DNA of 64,000 nt from Marsupella aquatica. Taxonomy: Eukaryota > Plantae > Marchantiophyta. The DNA lies in assembly GCA_973895155.1 (NCBI GenBank), contig OZ316892.1, positions 25,071,233 through 25,135,232 of the forward strand, given 5' to 3'. Position numbers and translations under genes: made by a program. A model generated the notes under the pieces. That model made no database searches and was not told where the DNA came from. It saw nothing but the letters and a program-made list of their open reading frames with translations. Numbering within the stretch: position 1 is the stretch's first letter; each line of letters opens with the position of its first letter. Below, in pieces: positions 12,400 to 25,329 of the stretch.

Positions 12400-15300
12400 A
12401 GACATCTCTCATCGACAGTAGGTTGCTTTGCAGACTTCCGTAATTGCATTGGATATTTTGCGTCAGACACAGAAGTTGTACAACTGTTATCCTCGCAGGT
12501 CGTCAGGTTTACCCGAGAATCAATTTTGATGGCCACGCATATCTAGCCAACACTTCGTTGTCATGCTTTTCAAGCTGTTAAGAATTTATCTCCATTTTCT
12601 GAGGAGCCGACAATTCTGTCGAAATACAATCGGGAATATAAAATTTTGTTCGCACAAGACGTCGAGATAGTAAGGACGATGAGTTTTACAGCGAAGATTG
12701 GAGAAGTAATACTGTCTCGGTACTATTACGAGCCGGCAATCTCATGACAACCTCAGTTTTTGTGCATGTCTTCTTGATGGGCTACTCCATCTAGATCATT
12801 TCATGGAAGCATAGGACGACTACGAATCATATTGGGAATTCCATCGCTGATGAGCATTTTAGAGCTCGTGAGTTCTGCACCGAAATGAAGTCGATCTTCA
12901 TCGTTAAGCTGTTTGCTGAGAACTTCTAAAGAGTTCGCACAATCGCCGGATGTCGGCTCTTCAAGTCTCCCGAAGCCTCTGAACTGTCTAGTAACATCAT
13001 CCCCATTGGACGCTCTGTCCTGACTTTCCCCTCGGAAATTGATGAGAGCCTCTCGGAAAGTATCGGCCTTGCCTTCATTGCCAGTGAATCTCTATGTTGA
13101 CCTCTTGCGGCCATTGTACGTTACTATGTCAAGATCGGTTGTCAGATTGACACATTGTGCATCCGCGGGTGAGATGCCGATCGTGCGTACCTTTCGAGCC
13201 GAGAACCGGTTTCAAGGACCTGCGAAACGCTCAAGTCACAACAGCGACAGTCCAGTCCAGTCCAGGCGTGGGTAAGAAATGATAGCATCAATCCATAGCT
13301 GTCTAGTCCTTTACGGGCACTGACGACAGCATTTGATCATCATTGTCATCAGTGCGTTTCTCATCTAGTGAGACTATCTGTGGTGATTGACAAGGAGAGG
13401 GCACCAAGTAGTGCACAAATCGGTTGTTAAATACGCTCCAGTCATGCACCATCGTGTCAAGTACACCATGCGGAGTCTTCCGGTGCGTCATACTGAGAAA
13501 CGTGACCTGTGGAAAGCCAATACTAAATAATCGACAGCCCTACTTGATCATGACTACGCTACTTAATGGTGAGAATACTTTCTTAGCTTCAAGCCCAGAT
13601 GACGCTAGTCGATGAGGCTAGTCTAGTTCAAGTCTTTCAATCTTTGTCTACCCTGACCAAAGGTACTGCCATTCAGTGTATCTCGGCATCGGCGTACCCT
13701 GCTTGATTTGATATCTGTGAGCTTGAAAACTGAATGCTAACCAGTTCGAGTGGAGTGTTTGTCCATCCACTTGTGGTGCTTACGTCCTTAAGACAGCGAG
13801 CTTGATTTCATTGGCCTTTTTCTCGGATTCATTTCAGTTTTCATCTCGCATCTTGCTTTGTCAGATATGATTGTTGATAGATCAACGACTCCTTGTCCAT
13901 GCTTTTCACCCTATCGCCGCAATAAATTCTTTTGTTGGATAGGTGGATTCCAGATGGCCAGCTTTGTCCAACTGTTCCGAACCGAGTGAACACATTCACT
14001 GGATTGAACACCCGCTCTCTTTCCCCTGCTCCCTGGCAATGTCACAACCATTGCCAGCTCCGAGATGTTGACAGTGGCCACAGGAGAAACTTGAAAAAGA
14101 ATCCGCTCTTGTAGGAGGTATCGAGGTAAGAAGAGCTGGCATAAATACGGAGGTTTCTCGTAAAGTATTTTAATGTCCTATCACACAATGCGAAAACCCC
14201 GATGTTCATCATTTCCAGGGAGGCCGTCGGATCTTAGATGCGCCCTTGTTGGTCAAGAAGGACAAGATCAATACTCTCAAGGAACGAAGAGCTTCAAAGT
14301 GGGAGTGAAGATATGGGCATTGGCAGTGATCCTGGAAATGCGCCGTTGCTCAAAGGATCCTGAAATGGTCGATTTCTGTATATTCTATCCTCGAAGACTC
14401 CTCCTGTCTTTGAGGATACGTAGGATGCATGAACTGCATGTTGAGGAACAGTGGATGAAATGTTATACCCAGGTCGAGAGCTAAATACCATAGCAACAAA
14501 TGTCGCAAATACTTTTGCGGCTCAGGAGAAATATCCAGCAAGTCGTCTCGAACTTGTGATGCAGTGTTAACTGCGCTATAACCTTTCCTTTGTTCAGAAA
14601 CTGCTCGATGTATGTCCTGATTTAGATCCTCGATAGCATCCATCAGTGCTAACCCTGCTATGGAAGCTTGCTTAGCAGTTCTCTAAACAATGTACGGCAC
14701 GTTCTATTTCCTCAATAGAAAACAGGTAGTAGAATCTCTACAGTAGTGTTTGCTAAAATCAATCTCCGTGCTAGCACGTCTTCATTATCGCAGAGTTCAT
14801 CAGGTATGTCTCGTCAGCACCAGTTACGACTCACAGTAGCGTTGCGATTTCTGACTGCTTGCATATCATCCCTTTCCAAATTTGTTGCAAGACTGTACGT
14901 CAAGTTCGACAAACATTACGAAGTAACCAGTTACAGCTGAGAAGGTATTAGGCCTTTTCTTCTTTGTTTGAAGAGTACAAGTTGCCTTAAAAAAGGAGTT
15001 CTTGAAGAATCCCTCAAGAAGCTGAATGAAGCGTTTTTTGTCTCACTCTTTTCACAGTCCTAGGAATATCAATCCTACATCTATAAGAGAAGTCGGATGC
15101 AGGTCTATGTTGGGAAATCGACATCCCTGATGAATCTCATCGGACCAAGATGAGGAAACTGATGCCCCAACCCAGATTTGGAGGTCAAGTTGAGGCGTGT
15201 GCACTCAATAGAGTCCAACGTCATGGATCCTGCCTTGCAGCACATTCTCACAACTAATATGGACCTGTGCTCGAGTCCTGATTCTGTTACCAGGTCGTGC

Positions 15301-15900
15301 CACAATTGTTCGTGCGACAATTGACATTGACAGGATTTTCTAATCGAGTTCAAGAAGTATTCCCCTACAAACTTAATTCAAGTAGACAATTAGTTGTTAA
15401 GTTGTCTCAAGTCGCTGAGGTTATTAATTTCACGGGAAGGGCGTTGTGCGGTAGGATGCGACACTTCGAAACCGAAGTGAATGACGTGGGCTTCATGGTT
15501 TGATCCAATTTCCATTAGCACCTCATAGAATACCCGGTTGTTAGATGCGTCCAGGAGGCACATATGTTTATCGCCAAACAAATCGATTTCCAATAATTAG
15601 CCATTAGTGAAGCATATTCTTGGAATACGATGGGATGTTAAGAAACAGAATAGATAGTTCTTGAACGAGATTGACCTGGAGTTGACAAGACGTCTGGGTT
15701 TTGGTTTACTGGAGTTTGCCCAAAATAACTACGTGTACCTTCTGGAATGTGAACATCATTCGTGCTCTTTCCAGTGACATACTGCACTTGGAACAGCTTC
15801 TCCCTGCAACTCCAACGATCTCAAATGACTCCGGACTTGTTTAGCACCTACCATCTGTCGCTTTGACATAACTTGAGCAGCTGAGAGAGGGCTAGGGCGT
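12400..15900 (-). pseudogene. Possible decayed coding region of unknown family
   Basis: Successive minus-strand protein-like fragments (15593-15390, ~14890-14660 with in-frame stops, 14643-14350, ~14120-13910) are broken by stops and frameshifts. No family recognised. Confidence 0.25.
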
Positions 15901-16418
15901 GGACAGGGTAATAGATTACTTGAACAGAGCATTGCGTATCAATCACAGTAGATTTCCAACTATTCTAAGTCAACTTCAACTTAGCATAGAAAAAGTTGGA
16001 ATCATTGGAAAATGGAATAGACTTCTTGGCTTTGAATTAATTCTACATGAACATCTTGAATATTATTTGACCATAATGGCACAGCTCCCTTTTTCATCGT
16101 ACAGAAGAGTTCGGACAGGGCATCAGCTATTGTTGCCATCCTAGCTACACTGGCAAGGTGCAAAACCACGAGGGGGATTGGGATATCAAAGCTCACTTTC
16201 AGGAAAAGAAAGGGAGGCCGTGCACAAATTCCACTGCGAAGGAGAGGAGGACGATGCTCCTGGCAAATCGTGCTACGAACCATTGGTCCCATCAACAAAT
16301 CACATCAAGTTTGACCTCCCAAATCTTGCAGAAAATATTCAGAATGAATAGGTAGAAATCAGCGCAGGGGAATCGAAGATTAAATACAGAGACTTCTAAT
16401 CATTGTGAATGGGACATT

Positions 16419-18057
16419 TCACTCTTCTTGGAGACCGCTGAGGATGATCGACCCGATAAAAAGGGCCCCAGCTCCTCCCAAAAACAAGACGGCTAATACA
16501 TTCTGTAGAACTACGAGTGTAGGATCAGTATCTGGGATGAGGACAATACTTAAGATGGAAGCCACGAAGAGAGGTATAGCGAAGGATGCGATGGCAGCAG
16601 GGGAGGCGGTTGCAAAATTCTCTGCTAGGGTCAACAAACCAAGATCTTCCGCCTTCGAGAGCAGACCGAGCTTCTCAATCTGGGACAGTGAAAGCCCTGC
16701 ACTCTCGGCTTTTGAAAGGAGTCCTGCCTTCTCGACTTGACTCAAAAGTTTCTTCTTCTCCAATTTCTTGATGATGTTTGGATCCTCTATTTCACTGTTC
16801 TCTGCAAAAAGGCCAGCACCAAACCATTGCTTGCTCCAGCCAGGATCATAGGCATTGACCTGTACAGATGACATCATTGAGACATTAGATAATGTTCCTA
16901 GCAATGCTGCGCTGTTTCAATCAAACTAATTCTACTTTCAGGTCGCATTCTCCTCAAACACTCATATGGCAGCAAAACGCTAATCAAGTGGAATTAACCG
17001 AGCTGATACAATCTCCAATTCGATACAGAACGTCTCCTCCAGCTTACTACTCCATCCCTAGTATCCTCTCTGAATCCCAAAGTAAATAAGACACATGGCA
17101 GGAGTATCAACAATCGTGTCATCAATTTCCTTGCAGAAGAGCCTCCCCAAACTTTATCGGCAAGATCCTGTCCACAATTCGGCTGTTCTGCATATGGTAC
17201 GGCTTCTGCACGATTGGTTACTCATAATCTTCTACTTCCTCGCTACCACTAAACGCCTGTCACTCCACTCCTAAGATAAATCCCTCCACTAGCCGATGCT
17301 CCCAAATTCCTCGCATAGCATAATTCTTCCGCGGCTAATGTACCGTGTCGGCACACTAGTATCTCGTCACTGTACTGGTCTCGTTTCGTCTTCTTCCGAG
17401 CTACAACCAAAATTTTATACCATCCTCTCCCAGACTCTCGCCGACATGTGCTTTAAATTCTTTACCGTCACTACCATCGTACTGGATTGATCCACTACTT
17501 CCACATGACGGGCCCAGGACAGCCTAGAATTGTGACCTAAGGACAGTCAGCTGAGACTATACCCTCTTTTTCAAATATTCTGCCTCTTCACAGCTGCATT
17601 CATGACCTTGTATACGTCGTCACGGATCTACTAGTAATGTGAAGATGCTCAAAGTAGTCCAATTCAACCATGGAATATTGTGATTGACGCCCCTTTTTGT
17701 GGTCAGGTCACAGCGAGACATTCTAAATGATGCGTCTCACAGGACAGAAAAATGTGCTCACTAATAGAAGGCAGACCTCAGGAAGTGGCAGAAGGCATAT
17801 CTATTATCAAGCAGAAGCTCCATTCACAATTTCCAATTGAGTGAGAGAGCGCTTCGCACCTTCTTCTTCCCTGCCATTGCCAGGACAAGAACACCTCCAG
17901 CCTCCTTCCTCAACTGGCCGCTTCTCGGCGCACCGACCCTCGACTGCGAAAGAAGCGCCTTCCCTCGAATCGACGATTCTGCCGACCTCATCAAAGACGG
18001 AGCAGCATTCGCTCCCGCCATCGCCTGCCATTGCGACGCCACTCCCGCTACCTCCAT
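16419..18057 (-). CDS. RIQ2: DUF1118 thylakoid membrane protein, RIQ2-like (reduced induction of NPQ), 2 exons, ~212 aa
   Basis: Exon 18057-17860 (transit peptide ending AMAGKKK) joins exon 16859-16419: VNAYDPGWSKQWFGAGLF...KLEKKKLLSQVEKAGLLSKAE..GLSLSQIEKLGLLSKAEDLGLL, two TM helices around LIPD, ending LQEE. This matches the recalled At1g74730 pattern. Confidence 0.92.
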
Positions 18058-18502
18058 TATCCTCTCCTCTCTCTAATTCACTCTCCTCCCCTCTCTGTCG
18101 CTCTCACTCTCAGCCTCAAGGGAACTAATTCCCGTAACGCTCCTTGCGGGCTGTCGAAATTCTCCAATTCAAGTGAAGAAAAACCAAACCACTTCACAGA
18201 AAAGGGGGCCAACAGAGTATACTACTCCACAACAACAAGAGAAACACTGGAGTCAATCGGTTTGTGATGCGCAGAGGGGAGGGAGGAGCGATGACGATGA
18301 CGACGACGAGCAGAGAAGAGCAGAGAAGAGGAGAATGGTAGAGGAGCTGGGTGACTCGGAAATGGGAAGCGATCGGTGGAGAGTGTGGATTGGTCGAGAA
18401 CGGAAACATAAGATAGCAAAGCTCTGGTTGTTTCGAGAGTGGAGTGGCGAGCGGATAGGACTGGGAGCAGTCGTGGGCCCTCCCCCCGCCCCCCAATTCT
18501 TC

Positions 18503-18710
18503 AAGGCCGTCCCTCCGCACACTCTTTAGTATTGTACATTGTATTTTGGAGAATCATATGAGCAGAAAAAAAAGATTTGGATAGATTTTTGCCCCCCCCC
18601 CCCTTTTTTGGGGCCCCCTCCCCTCTCTTTAGTATTCTACATTGTATTTGGAGTATTTTGGAGAGTAGTATGCGCAGACAAAATATTTGGAAGCATTTTC
18701 AGGCCCCCAC
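18503..18710. repeat. Local imperfect duplication upstream of RIQ2
   Basis: tctttagtattgtacattgtattttggaga...gcaga.aaaa..tttgga occurs at ~18523 and again at ~18626, each preceded by a C-rich run. Confidence 0.6.
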
Positions 18711-19055
18711 TACAATGCTGAACTGAAAGTTCAGCCAAAAAACAAATTGGCCCGCGAGGCACTAGGGAGCACCGCAACAGGGTACCACCGGGTGACTATT
18801 TCTACAGGTACTGAAAAATGAGTGGGATCATGGCACAATGTATGTTATTGTATTTCTGTGAAATTGGGGGCTCTTACATTTCCAGTTGTGACTATATGGG
18901 TCTCACAATGGGTGCCCTACCAGTCATGATCGCTGTCCCAAACCACAACAATCCTGGGCACAGTCAAAGCATAAAAATATAGCAATTTTGTCATGGCTGT
19001 AACAGCAATTAATATCGAGAGCTGTAATTGAGTTACAGCCTGCTTTGACACACTT

Positions 19056-19214
19056 TAGAAGTACTAGGTCGTCTTAAACTAGCTTGTTTGTGGAGGGCTC
19101 CCGTGACGGGAGTGCTGTGGGCCAGGTCATGGGTAGTGAGTAGAAGTACTAGGTCGTCTTAAACTAGCTTGTCCATGGAGGGCTCCCGAGTGCTGCGGGC
19201 CAGGTCATGGGTAG
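19056..19214. repeat. Tandem duplication, 85-bp period
   Basis: tagaagtactaggtcgtcttaaactagcttgt...ggagggctcccg...gagtgctg.gggccaggtcatgggtag at 19056 and 19141. Confidence 0.9.
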
Positions 19215-21164
19215 AAAATATGTGGGTCTCCAGAACTCTACGTACTGTCACTACCTTGGGCAGTTACTGCACTGGAGTTTGCAGTAAAAATTGGTCTGCC
19301 ATATGAGTCGGTGTTCTTCAAAACCATGACAGTGATGTGGGCAGGTGTTGTGAACTGTCTCAAACTAGAAACCCCTGGGTCAAAGTTGTCTGAAAGTTGG
19401 ATTTAGTGGCAGTCACGGATGCAAATTTCCCAAAGCTGCTGACCAAAAAAAACAGGGGAACACCAAAAGTACATTGTCACTATTTTTAGTTTCATTAGTA
19501 AGTTGAAACCTTTGTCCACTGCTGGTAAAAAAGTGACTCTGGTTAGTTTGGAGTGTTCTTATTATCAACATCCTGCCAGTTTTCACTTACTTTGCTTCAC
19601 CAAGAGTGGAAAAGATGACAAAATAATAATTAAACTAAAATAATGGGAGTGTAATAAATCTCAGCTTTCCTTTCTTCCCAGGGTGGTGAATGTTACATTG
19701 TGTGAACCCAGAAAATGGTAAGATGATTCCTTATCCAATTTTCCCAAAATAATCCCTGACCATTACATCTCCCAGATTTAACGATAATGGCCATTAGCTT
19801 TCCCTAGATTAAAGGACAACAGTCAAATTTTGCCTAATGAGGTCTTGGCTAGGTGGGAAACTGGCTAGTTAAAGACGAAAAGCCTGTGAAAGTTTTGCCA
19901 AAAGGTGAAAACTTTTCAGTAAGATGGAATTTGGAAAAAAACTTGCCACCGAAAGCAAACACTGCCTTGAACCCTTTCCCTTCTTCCATGGAACCGTCCC
20001 CACCTATTCCCCAATACTACTTGAGGTCTTGACAAGGGTCTTGAGGCATGAGCTATAATGCTTGGATGGGATCTCAACTCTAAAGCTTTTGCTGGGATAG
20101 GAGTCCTAGCATGTTTGGGATGTATTGAAAGTAGCATTGTAACTAGGATAATATCAATCTAGAGTAAAGGAACCAGATTTTCACATGAAGAACATTTTGG
20201 GATCTTATTTGAGCTTATCGGGACTACTCAAAGCCAATGCTTGTCACTGATAATTATTCATCATCCATATATATATTGTGGTCAGTTAATTTTTATGAAT
20301 GTGAGAAGTCTGGTGTCCTAGCTAAGAATTGTAAACTCTCAAGAACATGCATGGGTGTTTGCCTACATGTGACAATTTTTCCTATTTATCACATTGTAAG
20401 AGATTTCATGCTTAGAATCAATTCCCTTGAGACCCCTATCCCTTCCCGACCATTTCTCAATTTCTTTGGGTTCTCTTATGCCCTCTTGAGGATTTCTCCA
20501 GATAAATTGGGTGGAAGTGAGTTTTTTTTCTTGCAAGGACTCCTAAACATTTTTATTACCAAGTATTTTGTGTGATTTACTCTAGATATTGACAATATCA
20601 TCAGAGTAGTCGGGGCTAGGCTATATCACACTCCACAAATTTCTTATCTATGTGGTAGTCTTCTCTATATACTCCTTTCAAACTTTCGACGATGATCTGT
20701 CATCTATTATAGTAATATGAAAATGCTCACATCCTCATTTGTACATCTATAAAACATTAATGGTTCTAAAGACATGATAATTACATTGTACCATTGTTTT
20801 CCTAACTTGTCTATAAGAACTTGCCTAATGTCTATATTTTTGTTTACTATCAGTTTTATGCTCACCCAAAAACACAAATTAAAAAATAACTGACTCTATT
20901 TAAATCAATATTGACATGTATACTTTCTACATGCTTTCTAATTAATGTATATTCAGCGGCATAGCCTTCCTTACTTGATCACATGTTCTAACACATCATA
21001 TCTATGGTATTGGCGGCATACCCGATCTTGCAAGACTCACTGTTCCATTTTCACGACACTAGTGGTGACAATGTTTTCCATGGCCAGGAACTACGCAAAA
21101 CTTAGAATCGTTTCACCATAGAAACCATTTCATTATCTCTAGAATTGATGGTCAACCCCCGGGT

Positions 21165-21666
21165 CAAACATTCCACCAATGCAAATCCTAATGCATAAGA
21201 TATACATTGTATGCATACATACACTCTCTCTACTCTCACACTCATATGCTTGAAATACTAGAAATTGTACTCCCCGGGAAGGCGAGCTTCCCCCTTATTT
21301 ATAATTGGAGCTAGGTCACCTTGCTTTCCTTACAAGAGTGTCATTGAAGATACTGGAAATTACTAGATTCTATTATGGTATAGTCAAGAAATTTCTTTGT
21401 TAAATTCTAGAAATTACTTGTACCCTGGTAAATTCTAGAACCTATCATAATTTACGTGTTTACATGGTATATCTAGATTTAATATTTATTGGTGATAGAT
21501 TCTAGAAATTATTAGCAATTACACTTTTACTACAATAAATCTAGAAACTACCTAGCTTAAACTATGGTCCTCAAACTTGGATAGTTATGAGTCTTAAAAG
21601 AATTTTTGGTTTTTCACCGGCAAGTCAACTAGAGAAGGAGGAAACCCCTAAAATTTAATATTAACA
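21165..21666 (-). mobile_element. Probable LTR remnant
   Basis: The minus strand begins TGTTAA at 21666, contains TATAAATAAGGGG (~21304-21292) and repeated tctagaa motifs, and ends ...TTTGCA followed by TTGGTGG (PBS-like) at ~21180. No partner LTR or TSD found. Confidence 0.35.
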
Positions 21667-24600
21667 CAATGAAAATTAATCTGATAGAATTTACCCCTCC
21701 ACATTCCATGATGAATAACTCAACCAAAATGGCCAAATTCACTCTCACTTTGATGGAAATGTAGCTTACCTACTCCTCTAGCGGATCCTCATACCTGAAA
21801 AATATTTGACATTTGAACATCAAATTATTACAATTAAACTCAAATTTTGGGAAATGTGGTCCATGGGGGTTCAAAAGACCAACATTGTGGTCCATGGGAG
21901 CATAATGTTTGAAGTTTCCGAGTGTAGATTAGTATTGAAAAAATGAGTATCGCTGAGGCCAAGTTTCATTATATCTGCAGAGGGTAACCCTCCAGATTTT
22001 CAACAACCAAGAGGGCAGCGATGAATGGTGGGGCAGGGGGGCACTTGTGGAACTGAGGCGCCCTTGGAGACTTCTGTGCATTCCAATCTGAACTTAATGT
22101 GAGGAGTCTTGAAGGCACAAAAGTTCAATGCATAATGACTCCTTTCATGCAAGACTTTCCTCTCAAGTTCCCCATAGTGCCCATAGTGCAATGGGTTTTG
22201 TTCCAACTTATTAACTGACCAGTTGAATTATATTCTGCTTCAATCTATCTTGGGTGGATTGAGTGCTGTAGGAATTACTTTAAACACCATATATAATAGA
22301 CTATCCCACCAAAAAAAGGGGCCCGTCTGCATACAAAATGGAAAAAAGGCGGGAGCTAATCCTGGCCTGTCACCATAAAACTATTTTGGGCACCATCAGG
22401 TCAACCCATACACCCTCTTGCCTCACCCGCCCAAGCTGCCCTGCACTTGCCTACAATGAACAAGAAGAATAAAACTTTGAAAATTTTGAAAATATTAAAC
22501 ATTAGCAAGAGCAATGAGGGCTGATAACCCCCCAAAAACTATTGTTTTCTGATTGTTAGCATTCACCATTCAAAACCATATATAACACTTACTAGACCGT
22601 AAATTAATTTTTTATTAAAAAAAAACCCTGTGCCTTTCCTGTGTACTCTCTCACTCCCCCTTAACCCTCTCATTTCACTTCATTTCTTTCCTTCCCCCTC
22701 TTTCCCCTACCTCTGGAGCCATTTTATTTTATTTCTTCCACCTCAAATTTTCTCAACCCTCTCCCAAGCCCTGCCCCTCCCCACTCTTCTTTACTGAAAG
22801 GATACAAAATCATTTGTTTTATTCAAGGCATAAACGGGGGTATAAATTTGGCATTTTTAAACTAATGAGTTCAGCTTATTGTGACCGGGATTGTGACCAC
22901 AATCTCTTCAGTCACCCTTTCCCAAGGCCTGCCCCTTCCCACTATCCTCCTTCACCAGTAAGATACCACTTCACTTGTGTGATTCAAGGCAACATTTTGA
23001 CATTTAAGCAAATGAATATAGCTATTGTGACCACACTCTCTTTAGTACACAAATCTCACATTTAAAATAATGAGTTCAGGTTCACATCATGTGCTATTCA
23101 AGGCCGAAATGAGACATTTAAACTAATGAGTTCCAACTATTGTGAACATACTCTCTTTGGTCAGGGGCCTAGCTGGCACGTATATAGATGGCACTAGGGT
23201 ACTCTACTCATATGGCACAACTCCCCATTCTTTGAACATGAATAGAGGTGAGGATAAAAAAGCATCTACCCTTGATGAGAGCAGCTGACCAAAGTTGCTG
23301 CAAGTAATTGAAGAAGAGCTGGCTGTTTCACCATAGCCCTTGACCCTCAATAACAGCAGCTGACCACTTCACATGCGGCCTACCTAATCCATGGACTCTC
23401 TTCACATGCAGCCCTTCACATGCAGCCCTACTCTACCGACTCTTCTCACAGGCAGCCCTGTTTCAAATGCGGCACACTGCTCCGGGCACTACTCCATCCT
23501 ATCCCCATTTTTCACCCCAATCCTGATTGAATTATTTCCCCCTAAGTCATGGTGTCTACAGGCATCACGGACATCGGGCTTGGTCAAGACATAGGCCTTC
23601 AAAGTAGCTTTGCATGGCAATTTATTAGTAAGATTTTCAAGGAGGACCAGTGCTAGTGGCATGGTGCAGGTCAACTTGGTCTCATAAGCTCATCTACAAT
23701 GGGAAAAGGATGCCACATAATTTTTCATGTGGGGATTGCTATTGGTTGAAGGGCATGATGCTCCTGGGGTTCGTCACTTCTACTTTTTAGCATGGAAATT
23801 CAGCTTTATAAAACTCCTTCGTTGCTGTGTTCATGTAAGGCTTATTGAAGATGTGACATACTGGCTTCAGATTGATGTTCTGTCTCTTGAATTTCAGTTC
23901 AGTTACAGCCGATCGGTGACAACGTGTCGCGCCATGTGAGAGAGCCAAACACAAACAGTCAGGTATACAAAGAAGTGCCTTTCAGATTATCTTTAAGGTC
24001 ATGTGTTCAGTTATTATTATGGTCCCTGTGCTCTTATTCCCCTCCTCAGTAGGTTTTAGCTTCTCATTATAATCTATACAGTCTGAGTTCAGACTTCTCA
24101 TTATAACCTATACAGTCTCAGTTCAAAATTGAGGGGGCAAACACTACAGAAATGTCAGGAGTTCTAGTCATAAGCGAACACACAGGACCTGAAAGTACAA
24201 TCAAATCCATATGGTATCTCTTATGATCATACTATAACTTGTAATGGAGACGGTCGCTTTCACGACTATACAATCTCCCATATTTCTCCCTACATGCGCA
24301 GGTCAACATATGGTCGCCCTATAACTCACAGGACCTGGCCAATCAAATCCATACATTATCATTTATGATGATACAGTCCCCCTATAACTTGACCTTGTAA
24401 AGGATAAGTCTCTTTTACTATTATATGGTCTTTTGCATTTCTCCTTGCAGACTCTGGTCTTGGACATACTCTTGCCCTATCTTACTTATAAAGTGTCAAC
24501 TACAAGTTAGAGTTGGAGCCTAGGTTGGGTTCTAGAGTGAAGACTGTAGACCATACCTCCATGACTTATCATGTGGATGGGAAAATTCATGACAATGACC

Positions 24601-24790
24601 TATATCAAATGATAAACATGCATGTTTTTGTCATGATTTCTATTTACATTAAAAAATAGGCTTTATAGCCACCATAACATATGTGCATAGAAAGACTGAT
24701 ATGAATAGAAACAAAATGATATGTTATATATGATTATTAAAATGATTACATGCATGAATTTTTTTTATCATTCCTTGAAAGAATGTGAAT

Positions 24791-24980
24791 AATAAATATA
24801 TTTTGGTGACATTTTTATTGTATTCCCCATATTTTATTATATTCCCCGTATTCAGGTTTTTCTTTGTAATGAAGGGGGTAATAGTTTATATTTATTATAA
24901 ATTATTAATAATAAAAAAAATGTCACCAAAATATATTGATCAAAAAATGCGAAAATAAATATATTTTGGTGACATTTTTT
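24791..24980. repeat. AT-rich element with a ~25-bp motif in direct and inverted orientation (MITE-like)
   Basis: aataaatatattttggtgacattttt at ~24791 and ~24954; inverted copy aaaaatgtcaccaaaatatatt at ~24916-24937. Confidence 0.6.
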
Positions 24981-25079
24981 TAATATCCACCCTCATGTTT
25001 TATTTTTTCTCAAAGAAGAAGAGGTAGTAGGGGTAGTAACTATAACTAGTAAAGGAGACAGGATGCCCTTACTCCTACA

Positions 25080-25216
25080 CATATTCTCTAAGAATGCCTT
25101 TTCACAATGGACAATGGACATCTCCCTCCTTGCCAGCAAACAGAACATACATATTCTCTAAGAATGCCTTTTCACAATGGACAATGGACATCCCCCTCCT
25201 TGCCAGCAAACAGAAC
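25080..25216. repeat. Near-perfect tandem duplication (~70-bp unit) just 3' of the BAHD stop codon
   Basis: catattctctaagaatgccttttcacaatggacaatggacatc(t/c)ccctccttgccagcaaacagaa occurs twice. Confidence 0.92.
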
Positions 25217-25329
25217 AGTGTGTATATCTCTTGCGCTTCCACAATTCGCCACAGATGCATTTTATTGAGATCTTGCAGCAGCACTTAAGGGAGTGGCAAC
25301 ACGGATGAAGTTGATCCCTGCCACTCTAC

